Positions 62,978-64,000 of a stretch of 64,000 bases of DNA are shown here, in pieces. Source of the DNA: Eledone cirrhosa (Eukaryota); contig OZ024756.1 of assembly GCA_964016885.1 (NCBI GenBank), positions 16,554,001 to 16,618,000 of the forward strand. The letters are read 5' to 3'. The first letter of the stretch is position 1, and every line of letters starts with the position of its first letter. The notes beneath the pieces were generated by a model. It had not been told where the DNA came from and ran no database searches. It saw only the letters and a list, made by a program, of their open reading frames with translations. The position numbers and the translations under genes are program-made.

Positions 62978-63307
62978 TATCATCATCATCATTTTACATC
63001 TGCTTGTCCCTGCTTGCAAGGCTGGGACGTGAACTGATTCTGGCTTGATTTCTACAGCTGGATGCCCTTCCTAACACCAACCTCATTTACAGTGAGTGCT
63101 GGGTGCTTTTTTGCCATGGCACCTCCGCGACCACTTTGCAGTGGAATGATAGGGACCCCAGTCCCTATCATCTCATTTCTACAGCTGAGTAAACTGGAGC
63201 AATGTGAAATAAAGTATCTTGCTCAAGGAAACAACACATCACCCGCTCTGAGAATTGAACTCACAACCTTTCGATTGCAAGACCAATGCTCTAACCACTA
63301 AGCCATG
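62978..63307 (-). mobile_element. Near-full-length tRNA-derived SINE with RTE-like 3' tail
   Basis: Minus strand catggcttagtggttagagcattggtcttgcaatcgaaaggttgtgagttcaattctc head (A and B boxes); ends in (TGA)n. Confidence 0.88.
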
Positions 63308-63364
63308 TATGTATATATAAATGAAAAATGGCGTGCTGCCTTGGTGCGAATGTGATATATATGA

Positions 63365-63716
63365 ATTAAAAAATAAAGCAAGAAACTAGGACTATCCGTC
63401 TGTGTGAAATCCTTTTCTCACTTACATTTCGCAGGGTTCGGACGCAACCTTTGTCTTCTCGTCAATGATTTGCTAGAACTTAAGTTCACATGTATCACTG
63501 ACTTGTTTTCTCATTTTCCTCTCTTTACGTTGCCTCACCATTTTTGTTTGTTTACATGTCTCTCTTTCTCCACCCAATTCTTTTTATCCCAATAACTTAT
63601 TTTAGTTATTGTTCGCGCTGGCTTGAGGTACCTGGTCTTTAATGTGAAGAAATACCGATGATGGCCAGAAGATCACTGATGACGGATAGTCCTGGTTTCT
63701 TGCTCTATTTTTTAAT
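63365..63716. repeat. About 350-bp element bounded by about 36-bp inverted repeats
   Basis: attaaaaaataaagcaagaaactaggactatccgtc / gacggatagtcctggtttcttgctctattttttaat (2 mismatches). Confidence 0.7.
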
Positions 63717-64000
63717 ATCATCATCATCATCATATGCATACATATATATGTATATATATATATATATGTACACATATATATATATGTATATATATATACA
63801 AGGTGTCCCAATATATATATATATATACAGACTTCAACAACATTCTAATAAATATTATCTGTACAGGTAATCAAAGTATGTATACATTTTTTTTTTTGGG
63901 ACACACACACACACACACACACACCCCCTGTATATTACATACATATAGTTGTCGGAAATTATTCATCTTATAGTTAACAAATTATTCATCTTATAGTTAA

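Noticed and set aside
61502-63048. Further upstream E2F exons
   Set aside because: I recognised no E2F-like peptide with splice sites; the remaining exons probably lie beyond the window, though a poorly conserved exon could have been missed
63245-63307. tRNA gene (also 56620-56680)
   Set aside because: The A/B boxes belong to SINE heads, continue into SINE bodies, and do not give a complete cloverleaf
63420-63475. Minus-strand TTGACGA...GAAAT hammerhead-like relic
   Set aside because: U3 is uncompensated with G8, there is no valid NUH triplet and no stem I; at best a dead relic

Overview
This is an AT-rich, repeat-saturated animal genomic window with one 200-N assembly gap (22327-22526). 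The SINE/LINE repertoire and multi-kb (TA)n tracts suggest a coleoid cephalopod such as Octopus, which is an inference. The only host gene I can support is the last two coding exons of an E2F4/5-like gene on the minus strand (59853-59891 and 56155-56294). The rest is microsatellite, a 7.2-kb 61-bp satellite, 5'-truncated RTE LINEs carrying a PHD finger inside the RT region, RTE-BovB-like relics, tRNA-derived SINEs, pogo/Tigger MITEs and Helitron ends. The most striking signal, not visible in the ORF track, is about 19 type I hammerhead-ribozyme (HHR) motifs from about 8 sequence families. These include a near-perfect 310-bp tandem array (35761-38605; 2 units on -, 7 on +) with one minimal HHR per unit and a palindromic stem III. 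That architecture matches a non-LTR retrozyme or Penelope pLTR array that could release 310-nt linear or circular RNAs. Other motifs include a U3-A8 core variant, a U4A variant in two copies, and an HHR just downstream of a decayed Penelope GIY-YIG endonuclease. All folds were assigned by eye and no activity is demonstrated. The long Y/I-rich ORFs are microsatellite artefacts.
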